NCBI RefSeq assembly: GCF_009914755.1
Contig: NC_060931.1
Origin: the human T2T-CHM13v2.0 reference genome, Homo sapiens
DNA: 64,000 bases
Reading direction: 5' to 3' (one strand)
The first letter of the stretch is position 1. Each line of letters begins with the position of its first letter. The notes under the pieces are model-generated. The model was not told the origin of the DNA, did no database searches, and worked only from the letters and a program-made list of their open reading frames with translations. Below are positions 1 through 12,219 of this stretch, in pieces. A program made the position numbers and the translations under genes.

Positions 1-353
<353 letters not shown>

Positions 354-517
354 ATGAACTCAATCTAAATTAAAAAAGAAAGAAATTTGAAAAAACTTTC
401 TCTTTGCCATTTCTTCTTCTTCTTTTTTAACTGAAAGCTGAATCCTTCCATTTCTTCTGCACATCTACTTGCTTAAATTGTGGGCAAAAGAGAAAAAGAA
501 GGATTGATCAGAGCATT

Positions 518-525
518 GTGCAATA
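518..525 (+). promoter_or_regulatory. miR-25/32/92 family 8mer seed site
   Basis: GTGCAATA in the 3' UTR. Confidence 0.55.
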
Positions 526-627
526 CAGTTTCATTAACTCCTTCCCCCGCTCCCCCAAAAATTTGAATTTTTTTTTCAACACTCTTACACCTGTTATGGA
601 AAATGTCAACCTTTGTAAGAAAACCAA

Positions 628-647
628 AATAAAAATTGAAAAATAAA
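628..647 (+). terminator. Proximal polyadenylation signals (AATAAA x2)
   Basis: AATAAA at 628-633 and 642-647, followed by GT/T-rich TTGTGGCTTTTG at ~669-680. Confidence 0.75.
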
Positions 648-729
648 AACCATAAACATTTGCACCACTTGTGGCTTTTGAATATCTTCCACAGAGGGAA
701 GTTTAAAACCCAAACTTCCAAAGGTTTAA

Positions 730-738
730 ACTACCTCA
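730..738 (+). promoter_or_regulatory. let-7 8mer seed site overlapping a miR-196 7mer
   Basis: CTACCTCA at 731-738; ACTACCT at 730-736. Confidence 0.7.
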
Positions 739-831
739 AAACACTTTCCCATGAGTGTGATCCACATTGTTAGGTGCTGACCTAGACAGAGATGAACTGA
801 GGTCCTTGTTTTGTTTTGTTCATAATACAAA

Positions 832-880
832 GGTGCTAATTAATAGTATTTCAGATACTTGAAGAATGTTGATGGTGCTA
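832..880 (+). promoter_or_regulatory. miR-29 seed sites flanking a miR-26 8mer
   Basis: GGTGCTA at 832-838, TACTTGAA at 856-863, TGGTGCTA at 873-880. miR-29 is an established collagen repressor. Confidence 0.75.
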
Positions 881-1137
881 GAAGAATTTGAGAAGAAATA
901 CTCCTGTATTGAGTTGTATCGTGTGGTGTATTTTTTAAAAAATTTGATTTAGCATTCATATTTTCCATCTTATTCCCAATTAAAAGTATGCAGATTATTT
1001 GCCCAAATCTTCTTCAGATTCAGCATTTGTTCTTTGCCAGTCTCATTTTCATCTTCTTCCATGGTTCCACAGAAGCTTTGTTTCTTGGGCAAGCAGAAAA
1101 ATTAAATTGTACCTATTTTGTATATGTGAGATGTTTA

Positions 1138-1164
1138 AATAAATTGTGAAAAAAATGAAATAAA
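1138..1164 (+). terminator. Distal polyadenylation signals (AATAAA x2)
   Basis: AATAAA at 1138-1143 and 1159-1164; upstream TGTA motifs at 1108 and 1119; TGTTTGGTTTT downstream. Confidence 0.8.
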
Positions 1165-1294
1165 GCATGTTTGGTTTTCCAAAAGAACATATTGAGTAAA
1201 ATTCCTTGCTTCAATGCTCTTTGCAATATAAATATGCATCTCTACCAGCCATTAGACCAAGTGCCTCTGATTAGATAGAAATTATGCAAAAAGG

Positions 1295-1430
1295 GCAGTT
1301 TGGTGTGGTAGAAAGAGCAGAGAACGAGGACCCAGGAGAGCTGAACTCCAGTTCTGGCTCTGTTCCTTGTGGCTGAGTGACCTTGAAACTCTGAGCCTCT
1401 GCATTTCAGTTTCCATAGCTATAATATGAA
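1295..1430 (+). mobile_element. MIR SINE fragment
   Basis: GGTGTGGTAGAAAGAGCA...CTGGCTCTG...TGAGTGACCTTG...CTCTGAGCCTC, MIR 5'/core-like. Confidence 0.6.
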
Positions 1431-4214
1431 AAAATTCCTTTTCAGCACTATTAAGCATTTGCCCTACTCAAAATATGTAATATTTAAGCAACATGGCATT
1501 TTTGACCTAATTTTACTATAACCAAAGGTCTATAGAAACTTGGTTTATTATATATTAAGCACTTTATAACAGTGGCTGAAAGTTGGTCTATGAGCAATTA
1601 ATACTATTAACTAAAACAGTTTCAAATATTCAGTAAAAATGCCATACACTTAAATCTGAGGCAACTGAATACAATGCCTGTTAAGAGGTAATGTGTGTGC
1701 TGTCAATCAGGATAGACAGTTGTGGATAATAGTACCACGAACACCTACCTGCCAAATCAAGTTCATTTTCCTCCCCTGCACCTTTCAATAACATCTTTAA
1801 TACACTTAAACATAGTAATGTGTCAAGTAAAATGTTAAGATTCATTTAGAGCTTATTTCCTGTTGCAGAACATAATTGTGATTGTAATATTTGCCTTGTG
1901 TTATAAGTCATCTCAAGATTCAATTAGTTTTAAAGGCAAAAGACTGAACATGGTAAAAATGTAATATTAACCTTAAAAAGTTAGCAAGGTCTCCTAATCA
2001 AAATGCAGATTCCTGGTCCTCATCTGCCAAATTCAGATTTAGTAAGAAATTGCTATTCTTACGCATCCTGTGAAATTCAGATGTGCACCAATTGAAGGAC
2101 CACCTGATGAGGTTACTGCCATAGTCCTTTGTAGCTCTAATATTCTGTGTCTGACAAGAAGGAATATATATATCTGACCAAACCATATATAAAGATAACT
2201 CCTGGGATCCGAATGCTGGTACTCTCTATAAATTAGTAATTAAAATGACCATGCAAACTTACATGATAAAACAGAAATCTCTGGATCAAATATGAACTAT
2301 ACCCTCAGACTTATAGCAAAAAAAAATAAAACGCATTTATTGAGTACCTGCTAGAGGCAAAAGCCATGCTAAATAATAATAATGACCTTTGTCAAACTGA
2401 ATCTGAATTAGCAGATTTCCTAAGCCAATGCTCACTTAATAATCACTTAATCATCATCAGTGTGAGACAACTGAAAATAGTCAAATAAATAATGGTACAC
2501 CTAATGGATTACAATGAGGAAACAAATTATGGTATATCCAGTAAACAATGAGGAAACAAATTACAGTATATCTAATAGATAACGATAGGATGAATAGTGA
2601 AATAAATTTTGGTATCCCAATAACATTTATAAGGATGATTTAACAAAAGAAAAACTTCTTAGAATAGAATTTTCAATCTTGAAAATCTAATATTCAAGAA
2701 CACTGTCATTATAATTAGATATTTTAAATATACATGTAAAAAAATGCTGAGAGTAGGCACATTTGTATAGAAGTTTAAGGATGATTTTTAGGCCTAAAAT
2801 TTTCAAATTTGCAACAATGTAGCTATATTACATTATTATTTACAACAAATTTACTCTTAAAATATTATGAAAGAAGCAGTCAAAAGTGAAAAGAATCTGG
2901 TTCAGGAGTAGCCATCTCCAGGGAAGGAGTGGTCAACCTCCCACCCACCTGTTTCCTGAAGAGAAGGACAAGCCTGGCCTAAGGGTCATCATCCACCATG
3001 GACCAGCCATCCTGAGAGAAGCTTGGGAGGGTGTACAAAGCTCTACCAGGCCACAGCATCTTCAGGGAGCTCAGGGAGCTTATAGTGCGGTTCCAGAGGC
3101 AGAATAAAATAATGTGTGAACAGAATTTTAAATTACATATCCTCTGAGGATAACAGAAGACACTATTAATTAATTAGAGGGAGTCTCGGGAAATTAACCT
3201 TTGTCTCACACAGTAACTGATATTTGGATTGAACTGGCCTCTCTTGATAGAGATCTCATTTCACCTTCAAGCTCTCTGGCTCAATCCTTCTTCTCTGGAA
3301 GTCACATATTAAAACAGCCTGGTACTTACCAAGCCAGGAGGTCCACTGTGAGTGTTCCCAGGGCCTAGACTCAAATGTGGACATAGAGCAATAGACTGAA
3401 GACTTGGCCCTTCCATGACGAGCCCACTCTTTAGAGGCTGATCACCAGGCCCAAAGCATACTCCTCACAACATTTCTTGACCCTTGGTGGAGTGAAGGTC
3501 AGCCACCTCTAACTTGTAGGAGTGTGAAAGGGAAGAAAATTGCACATGAAAGAGAGAAGAAGCAGGTAGCCAAGATCTAGGGAGGGGACATTAATCAAGT
3601 CTAGTAAAAAGGGTCATTTAAAATTCTAAAATCAATACAGCTAATGCATTGGCAAAGAGCAAAGATACCTGAGCAATGCTGAATACATTTATTATCTTTA
3701 ATGCCAAAAGACTTTTTTATGCTATTCCACTTAATATCACTGTAAAGGAAGTTCAGAAATTGGATTATATATAAGAAAAGTTGGAAATGTCATTCTGGGT
3801 CAGAACAAAAATCCATCTAGATGAGTACTTTGCCTTTGACAGTGGCACCAGGGGAAATTTGGGAGAAAGAGCAGTTGGCACTTCTTGTGAAGCCAGCCTC
3901 AGAACTCCCATTTAATAACCCATTGTAAATCTTTTTTGTACATAGATGTATCTAAACCCTTCCAGAGTCCTCTATCTATTTTGAAATATGTTGGTATTAC
4001 AGTACCAACAGGAGAGAGCTAGTGCTGAATTGTTAGCTCAGCTTCCTAACCCTCTGATCAAGTAGCTAAAATATGTTTTCTATCCTTGTGCCTGGATCAG
4101 CCAGGGATTCGACAACTCCATATCCTTAGGGAGCACTAGTAAGTCCAACAATGGGGCCATAGACAACCCATAATGAGCGACTTATCCCTGCTCTTCAGTG
4201 AAATGAGCACATAA

Positions 4215-4440
4215 TTTGTGGTCAGCAGCCAAGGCTATGAGTATCAGCTCTGCCATTGACTAGCCCAGGGCCCTTGGGAAAGTCTCTTAAGTTTTTTGAG
4301 AATTTAGTTAACATGCCTGCTTTAGTTAACATGCCTGCTCTTAGAGATTGCCATTACCACACATATCATCTCACAGAACTGCTGGGGGTACCAAAACAGG
4401 CATGTGTGAAAGTGCTGAGTAAAGTATGCACAATAGACTT
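4215..4440 (+). mobile_element. MIR SINE fragment containing an 18-bp tandem duplication
   Basis: CAGCTCTGCCATTGACTAGC...CCTTGGGAAAGTCTCTTAA...GTGAAAGTGCT. Confidence 0.5.
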
Positions 4441-4559
4441 GTCATCACTAGGTCCAAAATTTCCTGGCCACTGGTGGTAGCCTCTTGATTTATTTTCTGA
4501 TCACTGGCCCTCTAATTTAGGAAGAAGAGAGTGTAGAATTTACACTTAATTAGCACCAC

Positions 4560-4985
4560 TCTCTAAAGTGGTAGTGTATCAATTTTGAGTTATGCCTCCT
4601 TATCAGTAAAAATTTGAGTTCTTACAACAAATTTACTTACTTATATATAAATGTTATGTATATATTATGGTGCTAGTATATGCAATATAAAACCTCTACA
4701 GAAAAAAAATCTGTAAAGACAGAAAATAAATACACATAGAAGGGTCCATAGTCCAGTGGATCATTCTGCACGCCCCTGGGATGCATGCACCACCCCCTTC
4801 CATTTTAGAGAGTATTGCACTAAACAAGGATGGTCTTCAGGGGAGGAGGAGCATCAATGAACTCCTGAAATCACATGTTAAATACACTTTGTGGGTATGT
4901 GCATTTTTCTTGGAAGAAAAGTCCACAAATTTCATCTGATATTCCTAGGGGTCCATGTCCCAATTAGACTTTATAAGCCACTGCA
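4560..4985. mobile_element. hAT-type DNA transposon fossils (MER96B-like, then MER103/Charlie-like)
   Basis: Ends resemble remembered hAT consensus: CCCCTGGGATGCATGCACCAC...TTTAGAGAGTATTG and TTTCATCTGATATTCCTAGGGGTCCATG...AGCCACTG. Confidence 0.4.
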
Positions 4986-5037
4986 CAAAAGAAGTATTAT
5001 CCACATCGCTAAACCCTGGACTTTTCTGAACTATGAC

Positions 5038-5356
<319 letters not shown>

Positions 5357-6559
5357 TGACTTTCATATCTCATCTTAGGTGTCTTACTCAGAACATGCTG
5401 CTTCTCCTACCCTAAGACCTGAGAGAACCAACCAGCACCAGTCCAAATGTAAATAATGGTTTGTCTTTTATTCTTCCACTTTTCTGGTATGAGTCCTCTG
5501 TCCTACGCTTTAACTAGGCTTGACATATACCTTATGACCTGTACTTTGTAACATAAAAATACACCAATCTTCAGAATCTTTTTAAAGAAGAGCAAACAAA
5601 CTCAGTAATGGGGGACAATTAATTGAGCTATGCCTTTTAGGTAAAATGTGCTTGTATTAGTTTTTTTAATTTTGAAAAGTGATAGAGTTTAACCTAAAAA
5701 TTATTGCAATTTCTGGCACTGTAAAATGTCTTGAGGACAATACTGTAATTGTTTTCCAGGGATCCTCAAATCACCTAATAGAACCAAATCTTTTCATCTG
5801 ATTGCTCCAAAGCAAACCTATTATTCTGAGCTCCAGACATAGGATTAATTCTGGCCAAAATTAACAATCTTACTGGAATCTAGAAAGGTATCCTTAAAAT
5901 TGAGATTCACCGTAAATTTAAAGACATTTTTAAGCAAAGCACACAATGCATTTTTACTATCAAAGTGAACATATTTTTGTAGTGTAGTATTGCTCTTGGT
6001 GTCCAATGGCTTAATTAACAACAATAATGATGAAATAAAACTTAAACAACATCTTTAAAATGGAATCTATTAATGCTAGGCAGAGTAAGAACACCTAGTG
6101 CCAAGTGGATGGACCTTTCTATCGCTACAATATGTCAATTCGAGTTCAATGCTCCCCCTGCTGGCTGGATAACAGAACACCTCAGTCCTTTAACAGTGCC
6201 GCGGGCATACCATTGGAGAATGAAAATTCCAATTTAAGGGGAGAAAATAGAACAGCTTCCTGTGCTTATATCCTGTTAACTCCAGACACACAGCCTTCTC
6301 CTCAACTTCCACAGGGGTCTACCTTCATGTTCTCAGTACTCCCTATTTTACTTTCCCTCTCTGATCTATCTTTAATATTTCTCCCATGGAGCCAATAAGT
6401 GGAAGCCACAAAGAAACAAACATAATCTCAAAGAATGAACTTTTGGATGAGTAGAGCTGTCCGATGCTACAAATATTGCCCCGAGATAAAGTGAGCACCT
6501 TTGAGGATTTAAGTAAAGGGTGAGTGGATTATATGGAACAGAGACAAGAGGGTGTGATA

Positions 6560-6750
6560 GAAAAGAACCAGTGTTTAGGAATCCAGAGCTATTTGGATTT
6601 GTATGCTGTCCACCATTTCCTAATCTATTAAATGGGGATGATAATAACACTATGCACGGGACTGTAAGGTTCAGAGATATGAATGCATAGCAGCTTGCAA
6701 GGTTGGCAGGACGTAAGCACTCGGGAGCATTAGAACCATCACTATCATTA
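6560..6750 (+). mobile_element. MIR SINE fragment
   Basis: AATCTATTAAATGGGGATGATAATAAC...GTAAGCACTC, MIR core-like. Confidence 0.5.
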
Positions 6751-8369
6751 TCCCCTCGAGCCTGAATCCTCCCTAAAAGCCTTTAATTCCATCACCAAGA
6801 AAAGTAACCACCTTTTCACAAGTACTATCTTCTCTAACAACAGTGGCCTAAAATGATAGCGCATCTACAATTCAATTATACTGCAATTTCCCTTACCACA
6901 GATAGCTTCCAGCAAAGTCTCAAATACTCATAATTTGGTGAGTCCTTCTCCACAACCCAATAGAAAATCATCCAGTTTTTATTAAAAGCATAAAAATCTC
7001 TCCAATTTTTTGCAAAAGTAAACCCACAATTCCACCTTCACAGTCATAAAATAAAATTGCTGACAAAAGGAACAAATTTGCATTTAATATTTAGCTGGTC
7101 TCTGCCTTATGCCTTTAGAAGTGTGTCCAATTTTGAAAAAAAAAAAAAAAAAGAAGGTTTCTAAGCTTAAAAATGGCTACTTTGCTTACTTGGAAGCCAG
7201 TTCTTCAACACAAATGGACTATAACTCATACATGTTAAATTTGCCAAACCTCTGACACTTAATTTTTACTTGATTTTCTAAAACCGTGTGGCCGGCTGTA
7301 AAAATTCTAACTCAAGAGTTTATCAGCATAAGAAATAATCACAATTATTAATGTCCTCAGAGAAATTTCTTGCCCTACATGAATTTACTAAAGGGCTTTA
7401 AACATATTAAATCACCTATTACTGCCAGTGCTTTGAGTGTTTATGAGTCATATTATAAGTGGATCCACTTCAAAGAAACATAGAAGCAGCTTTGATTATA
7501 GATATTTTCAAAATGGTTTTTTTAACACTGATTATAGATCTACTTTCCCTTATAATACAGAAGTTTGAAATCATTTCTAAAAGTTTATCAATATAACTAG
7601 AGTTTCCAACTGCTACTTTGTTCATCATGATAAGGTTTGTTCCTAATGAAAATAATTTTAAAAAAAAACCGTTCTCAGATAGCATCTAGAAAATTGCCCA
7701 TTTAACAATTTCTCTGAGTTATTCACAACAAATACATACTTTTATTTACAACTGGGAATGCTTTTAAAAATATAGTGAATTTATGGTCAGTTTTAACCTC
7801 CACATGTTTTCTTAGACTTTCTTCCACTAAAATATCACAATAAATGGTCACCTTGACACCATAAATTATAAAAAGAGCTTTGCTTTCCTTCTCTCAAACT
7901 TGGGAGGGCTATGTATCAAAAACAGAACAAAGTCCACTAAATCTTTTGAACCATTGAAAAGAGAAAGACAAATCAATGACAAAAATGATGTGCCTTCTCA
8001 CCAATACACAAATTAAACTGCGTATTTTGTAGGATGTATAGGGTTATTGGTCTTTTTATTATCACTTTTGTGAGGTATCTGCCAAGTAAGTCTAATTCAG
8101 TAAAATAGATTGATACATTGGGAAAAAATCTCTAGTCTGCATTCTGGGTTGGGAAGAAAATCATGCAGACTGTTTAGTCAACCTTTACCACTCGTTATTT
8201 TTATCTAATTGGTCTGAAATATTATTTAAAACTCCCTCGGTGATTGCAATTTGCAGGAAGTCTTGAGGAAAACTGTATGAGACTAAAGCCACAAGGTTCT
8301 GAAACCCTCCCTTAAAGTCAATGGCAAAGTTGGAAGTCTGTGCCTATGTGCCTTTTTCTAGGAAGACAA

Positions 8370-8515
8370 AGTATATTGTACTTCTCTAAGTTTTTCCAGA
8401 TCCCACACAATATTTACCAAACCAGAATTGCTAGGGGTGGACCCAAGATATTTCTATATTTAATTAGTACACCAAGGTGGTTCCCATGTACTCTCAGAGT
8501 TTGAGAACCACTGGT
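8370..8515. mobile_element. MER5-type hAT-Charlie MITE
   Basis: CAGAATTGCTAGGGGTGGACCCAAG...AGTTTGAGAACCACTG. Confidence 0.65.
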
Positions 8516-10639
8516 TTATTAACATCATCATATTTTTAGGTGATTCTGTATCCCTCTCCCCAAAATGTTTAGGACTACAGCTTTCAAATAGTGGGCTCTT
8601 TAAGCTGTTTTAAAAAGAACATGTAATGGCTCATTGAACATGTGAGCAATTAATTTGGGAACAGTTACAATATTACAAATGTGATTACTTATTGCAAACC
8701 CAATTAATCCAGTCAGGAAGAATGTTAATTACAAAGGAGTGTGGAAATTAGCATGAGTACATGACTAAATGCCTAAAATCTGACCTATTATATTGTCTGT
8801 CAGGTAATTTATTTCAAAAATACTTCCACAGGAGGTTTTATGTATATATGTGCATGAGGGCTATAAAGTAACATTAATCCACACTCCAGGGCTGATTGAG
8901 TAATCTTGGACATATCCTAATTAGGAAAATCCATAGCTTTAGAATTGGCTATTCTGGCATTTCAAATATCATTATTAAAATCTACACCAGAAGGTGTGTT
9001 AATTAGCATAAAAGATGTCAATAATAATTTTTCATAGTTGAAATATGGTCTTGAAGATATATGGAGAACTAATAAATATTTAACATAATGAAACTTAGGC
9101 TAAATCTTGTTCTACTTGTGACATACTACTTGGTAGCAAGATTGACAAGGAAAGACATATAGTCCTATCTATCTTCAATCACCAGAGATGACTTATATTT
9201 ACCAAAAACTCTTGAATTACTCAATTAGCTCAGATCACTTCAAAAGATGACTCTAAAAAATGGAAAAATGGTAAAAGATGGCTAAGAAAATGACACACAA
9301 AGCAAAACTGTACTGAATTAATTTAAAAAGCGAAATGAAATAATGCTGAAAACAATAACTGCATTTCTCTAATGAGCAATGGAATATCAATAAAAATGAA
9401 TCCAGATATAATAGAAAGCAATCGGGAAGGATGCCAAAGTTCCAAAGAAATCATCTCTCTTTCTATGGGAGCAGCCAAGATTTACTAGGTGCTTTTATGG
9501 CCCTTCCCCTCTGGGCATAACTGAAAAGCTAGAGGAAGAGCCTTAGCCAAGCTGAGCCACTCAACTCCTCTCTTTTGAAAATTTAAAAGTTGTAGTGGAG
9601 AATGGCAAGGAATAATGGAGGCATGACAATGACAGCACTCTACAGACGACTGTGAACTTTTGCAGATGAGGTCACAAAACAGTACTAGATTTTTGGTTGT
9701 TCTTTCAATTATGAAATAATCCAGTATCCTTCTACTAACTTTCCTTTTTGCTTAAGTTAGAGAAAGTTAATTTCTGTTATATAAAACAAAAACAGTTTCA
9801 ACTAATATACCTAGTAAACAGGACATGGCAAAAATGGAGGAATACAGGACCATCTTAAAGTAGAAATAAGAGTCACAATTTTGAATAGTCTTAAAAAGTA
9901 CCCAGATAAAGAACATTGTTGGAACACAATTCATGGATGTTTGGCATTTCTGCATGTTTTGCAAGCAGAGACACTGATGACCTTCGTTCTGAAATATCTG
10001 TTCAAGGATGTTTGTATAATGATAGTGTGCAACCTTGGAAGAGAGAGTTAATGTCTCCCTTCAGAGGAGAGGTTACTGTCCACTATAATCAAGATAATAG
10101 CTCCCTGCAGGGCAAATGTCAAGCAGGTTTGCTCCCAGCCCATTGTAGTTTTGGGTTCCATTTGTTGGTGTTTCTCAATTGCAACACATCCATTTGGATT
10201 GCTCTGCATTTTCCCCAAGGGACTTGGGGAAAGGGGGCCTGAAGCAAATATAAAGCTTTTAGTTCCTTGCCTTGCTGGAACAAAGTCTTTCGTCTCTGAC
10301 CCAGAAGCTGCATGCCTTCCGCCAGCATCTATTAAACTGTGGCCGGCTAACATCTTAGCTTTAAAGTAGAGAAAATTCCAGATCCTTCAGAGTTCTTGAC
10401 AAACATTTCAAAGAAGAATTTATAACAGAATGAAGCTGCATCCGTTCTGTATTCTTGTCTTTCAAGTTGCCTAGCAACTAGTTGGTCACCACTGATCTGA
10501 CAATCTGCAGTAATGAACAACCACGCTATATAGAAAAGTGTAATTGAACTACATGCTTCTAGATGGCAGATTGTCTGATTCATCTCTGTATCTCTATCAC
10601 CTAGCCCAGTAATACAGACTCCAGACTTCGTGATTTTAT

Positions 10640-10980
10640 TGTTGCAGGACTTTTCCTTAGTTTAGCTAATGACAGGGTTCTTTGTTCCATGGCCACAAAA
10701 ATTCAGGCTTGCAGATAGTTTGAATGGTGAGTAAGACAGGGTTTTACTGGGTGAAAAAAGAAGAAAAGGGGAAACGGGGACTCTCCCTAGGCCAGAGTCC
10801 CTGCTAGAGTACTTCTCGCCTGGTCATTTGAATTCCAGGTTCCAGATAGGAAGAGGAGGGGCCAGACTACTCCCCTCTGCAAACAGCGTGAACTTCCGTG
10901 TCTCCACCCAATGCACATTCCTCCTGGTGTGCAGGCTGGTTGGAGTTTTTCCAGGGACCCTCTCCCACCTGGCTATCTCA
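10640..10980 (-). mobile_element. Solo ERV1 LTR (MER61A/B-like)
   Basis: TG...CA termini (minus strand TGAGATAGCCAGGTGGG...AAAAGTCCTGCAACA); 4-bp TSD TTAT at 10636-10639 and 10981-10984. Confidence 0.8.
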
Positions 10981-11238
10981 TTATGTTGAACAATTATTAA
11001 ACAAAAGAGGAAACTATAAAAATGACTGCTGGAATATGTATAGAGTTGTAGTAACTAAGATAGTCCAAAATCTGTATCATAGGTACTTTACCTTATAATC
11101 ATCTTGTATCTTCAGGTTTATTTAAGCAAAACGAACAGAGATCCAGTCAAGGAAGCTCAGGTGACAGGGACATACATAGAGAAATAAGAGCAAGAAAGGT
11201 AACAGACTACTGAAATTGGAGCTGCAACGTGGCTGCTC

Positions 11239-11415
11239 CTTTATTTATTTATTTTTTTAGAGGCAGGGTCTTGCTATGTTGCCCAGGCTGAAATACAGTG
11301 GCTATTCATGGTGCCATCATAGCACACTGTGGCCTCGAATTCCTGGGCTCAAACAATCCTCCTGCCTCAGCCTCCCAAGTGGCTGGGACTACAGGCTCAC
11401 ACCACCATGACAGGC
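11239..11415 (-). mobile_element. FAM (fossil Alu monomer)
   Basis: Monomer retaining the 7SL-like GCTATTCA...ATCATAGCACACT segment; degenerate TSD TGGCT..CT.TATTTA. Confidence 0.8.
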
Positions 11416-11919
11416 TTGGCTCTCTATTTAAGATGGCTTCAGAGATCTCAGGAGCAGGAGTTTGTGACTTTTTCAACTCTTTCCTCTACAGCTTCACCAC
11501 TAATCTGGTTCATTCACATTCTGCATGTTTTTTTCATATCTGCTATTAATTGGCTTTCATCATTATTATTATTTGATTTCTAAGAGAGAGATTCTGATAT
11601 AGTTCATAAATCTCTAGACAGCCTAGTAAGTGCTGACATTTGGGTAGGTATCCCATCATGAGAGTCGTGTGATATAAAACATAGCCACCTAGACATCAGA
11701 AGCTCTGCGTGGGCAATTTTTAAAGGGGGCAAGGGTATGAAAGACCATAAATAACATCTCTATTACAAACTGCATCACAAAAGTTGTAATGTTTTATAAC
11801 TTTTCTCAATAAAACAGAAACTTAATTTAATTCAAATACTTTGTATTTGAATGCCTGCTTTGTATCTACCCATCTCACACTCTTCCTAGCACTCCTTTCT
11901 CCTTGAAAATATATATGTT

Positions 11920-12219
11920 GGTCAGGCCTGGTGGCTCACACCTATAATCCCAGCACTTTGGGAGGCCGAAGCAAAAGGATCACTTAAGCCCAGGAGCTTG
12001 AGACCAGCCTAGGCAACATAGTGAGACCCTGTCTCTACACAAATTTAAAAATTAGCCAGGTATGATGGTGTGCACCTGTACTCACAGCTACTACAGAGGA
12101 TAAGGCAGGAGGATTGCTTGAGCCCAGGAGGTAGAGGCTGCAGTGATCATACCACTGCATCTCAGCCAGGGTGACAGAGTGAGACTCTATCTCAAAAAAA
12201 GAAAAGAAAAAAAAAAAAA
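11920..12219 (+). mobile_element. Alu (AluJ-like)
   Basis: Dimeric Alu with A tail; the right TSD copy (AAAATATATATG) has expanded into (AT)n. Confidence 0.93.

Larger units (their letters stand above)
354..1185 (+). other. COL1A2: COL1A2 3' UTR (long isoform; 3' end approximate)
   Basis: Repeat-free sequence after the stop codon, ending after tandem AATAAA at 1138 and 1159. Confidence 0.85.

Noticed and set aside
9900-10580. Cluster of overlapping short ORFs in apparently unique sequence
   Set aside because: No recognisable protein similarity or splice structure. It could be regulatory, but the sequence alone cannot support that.
10640-10980. MER61 LTR as a p53-responsive element
   Set aside because: Some MER61 subfamilies carry p53 sites, but I see no paired RRRCWWGYYY in this copy.
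11830-11852. 10-bp inverted repeat ATTCAAATAC/GTATTTGAAT
   Set aside because: AT-rich and short; plausible by chance.
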